NCBI GenBank assembly: GCA_965113315.1
Contig: OZ220382.1
Strand: one strand, 5' to 3'
DNA: 64,000 nt
Source: Podarcis vaucheri
Lineage: Eukaryota
The first letter of the stretch is position 1; every line of letters starts with the position of its first letter. The notes below the pieces were generated by a model that was given only the letters and a program-made list of their open reading frames with translations, ran no database searches and was not told the origin of the DNA. The translations under genes and the position numbers were made by a program. Positions 63,720 to 64,000 of the stretch are shown here, piece by piece.

Positions 63720-64000
63720 CCCCAACCCCTGGTTTGCCTGGGATTTGATAGTCCGCCCGCCCCGCCCACCCCCCGTTTTCTCTCAGAAACCCCTAAATTG
63801 GAGCAAACATCAACCTCTATCAGTTTTTCTGTGGATTGACATTTGTTCCGATTCAGTGGTAAACAGTGGGTTTTCCTGGGGAAATGGGTGGGATAAATGA
63901 AATACCGCTTGGACCCGTGTCTAGAAAACACGGGGCAAGTGGAAAACCTCTCAGGCCCGTGTTTTCTAGGCACAGGACAAGTGGAATTGTGAACAACCCT
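63720..64000. mobile_element. Partial palindromic MITE-like repeat running off the window
   Basis: Inverted pair GTGTCTAGAAAACACGGG / CCCGTGTTTTCTAGGCAC within about 63915-63975. Confidence 0.4.

Noticed and set aside
53078-64000. PICALM-like exon 1 (expected MSGQ...KATT...PKKKHLD)
   Set aside because: No such coding sequence or CpG island found; the MSGQ at 6255 is on the wrong strand and continues as polyQ.

Overview
Vertebrate genomic DNA, almost certainly from a squamate reptile and probably a lacertid lizard (Sauria SINEs, Squam3-like SINEs, L2, L1, RTE/RTE-X LINEs, hAT and Tc1/mariner MITEs). Two spliced host genes lie on the minus strand. VBP1 (prefoldin 3) has coding exons 1-4 at 10200->1189, a CpG-island promoter, and its 3' exons beyond the left edge. 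A PICALM/AP180-family clathrin adaptor has 20 coding exons at 53077->25452, exon 1 beyond the right edge, and a probably long 3'UTR; its residues fit neither PICALM proper nor SNAP91, so it is probably a third PICALM-like paralogue. The most unusual signal is a set of TSD-flanked non-autonomous DNA transposons carrying unrelated cargo (Pack-TIR-like). One hAT element contains what looks like the 5'UTR and poly-Q/poly-P N-terminus of a host gene (best guess RANBP9). A second hAT with CpG-rich cargo sits just upstream of the VBP1 promoter, and two elements carry internal 222-bp or 163-bp tandem arrays. Also present: a 24-nt microexon with a GC donor, a three-layer nested insertion in VBP1 intron 2, a young L1 with an 808-aa open frame, and a TIR element with a 6-bp TSD. 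Coordinates were read by hand; family names and comparisons with human genes come from recalled motifs, not database searches.
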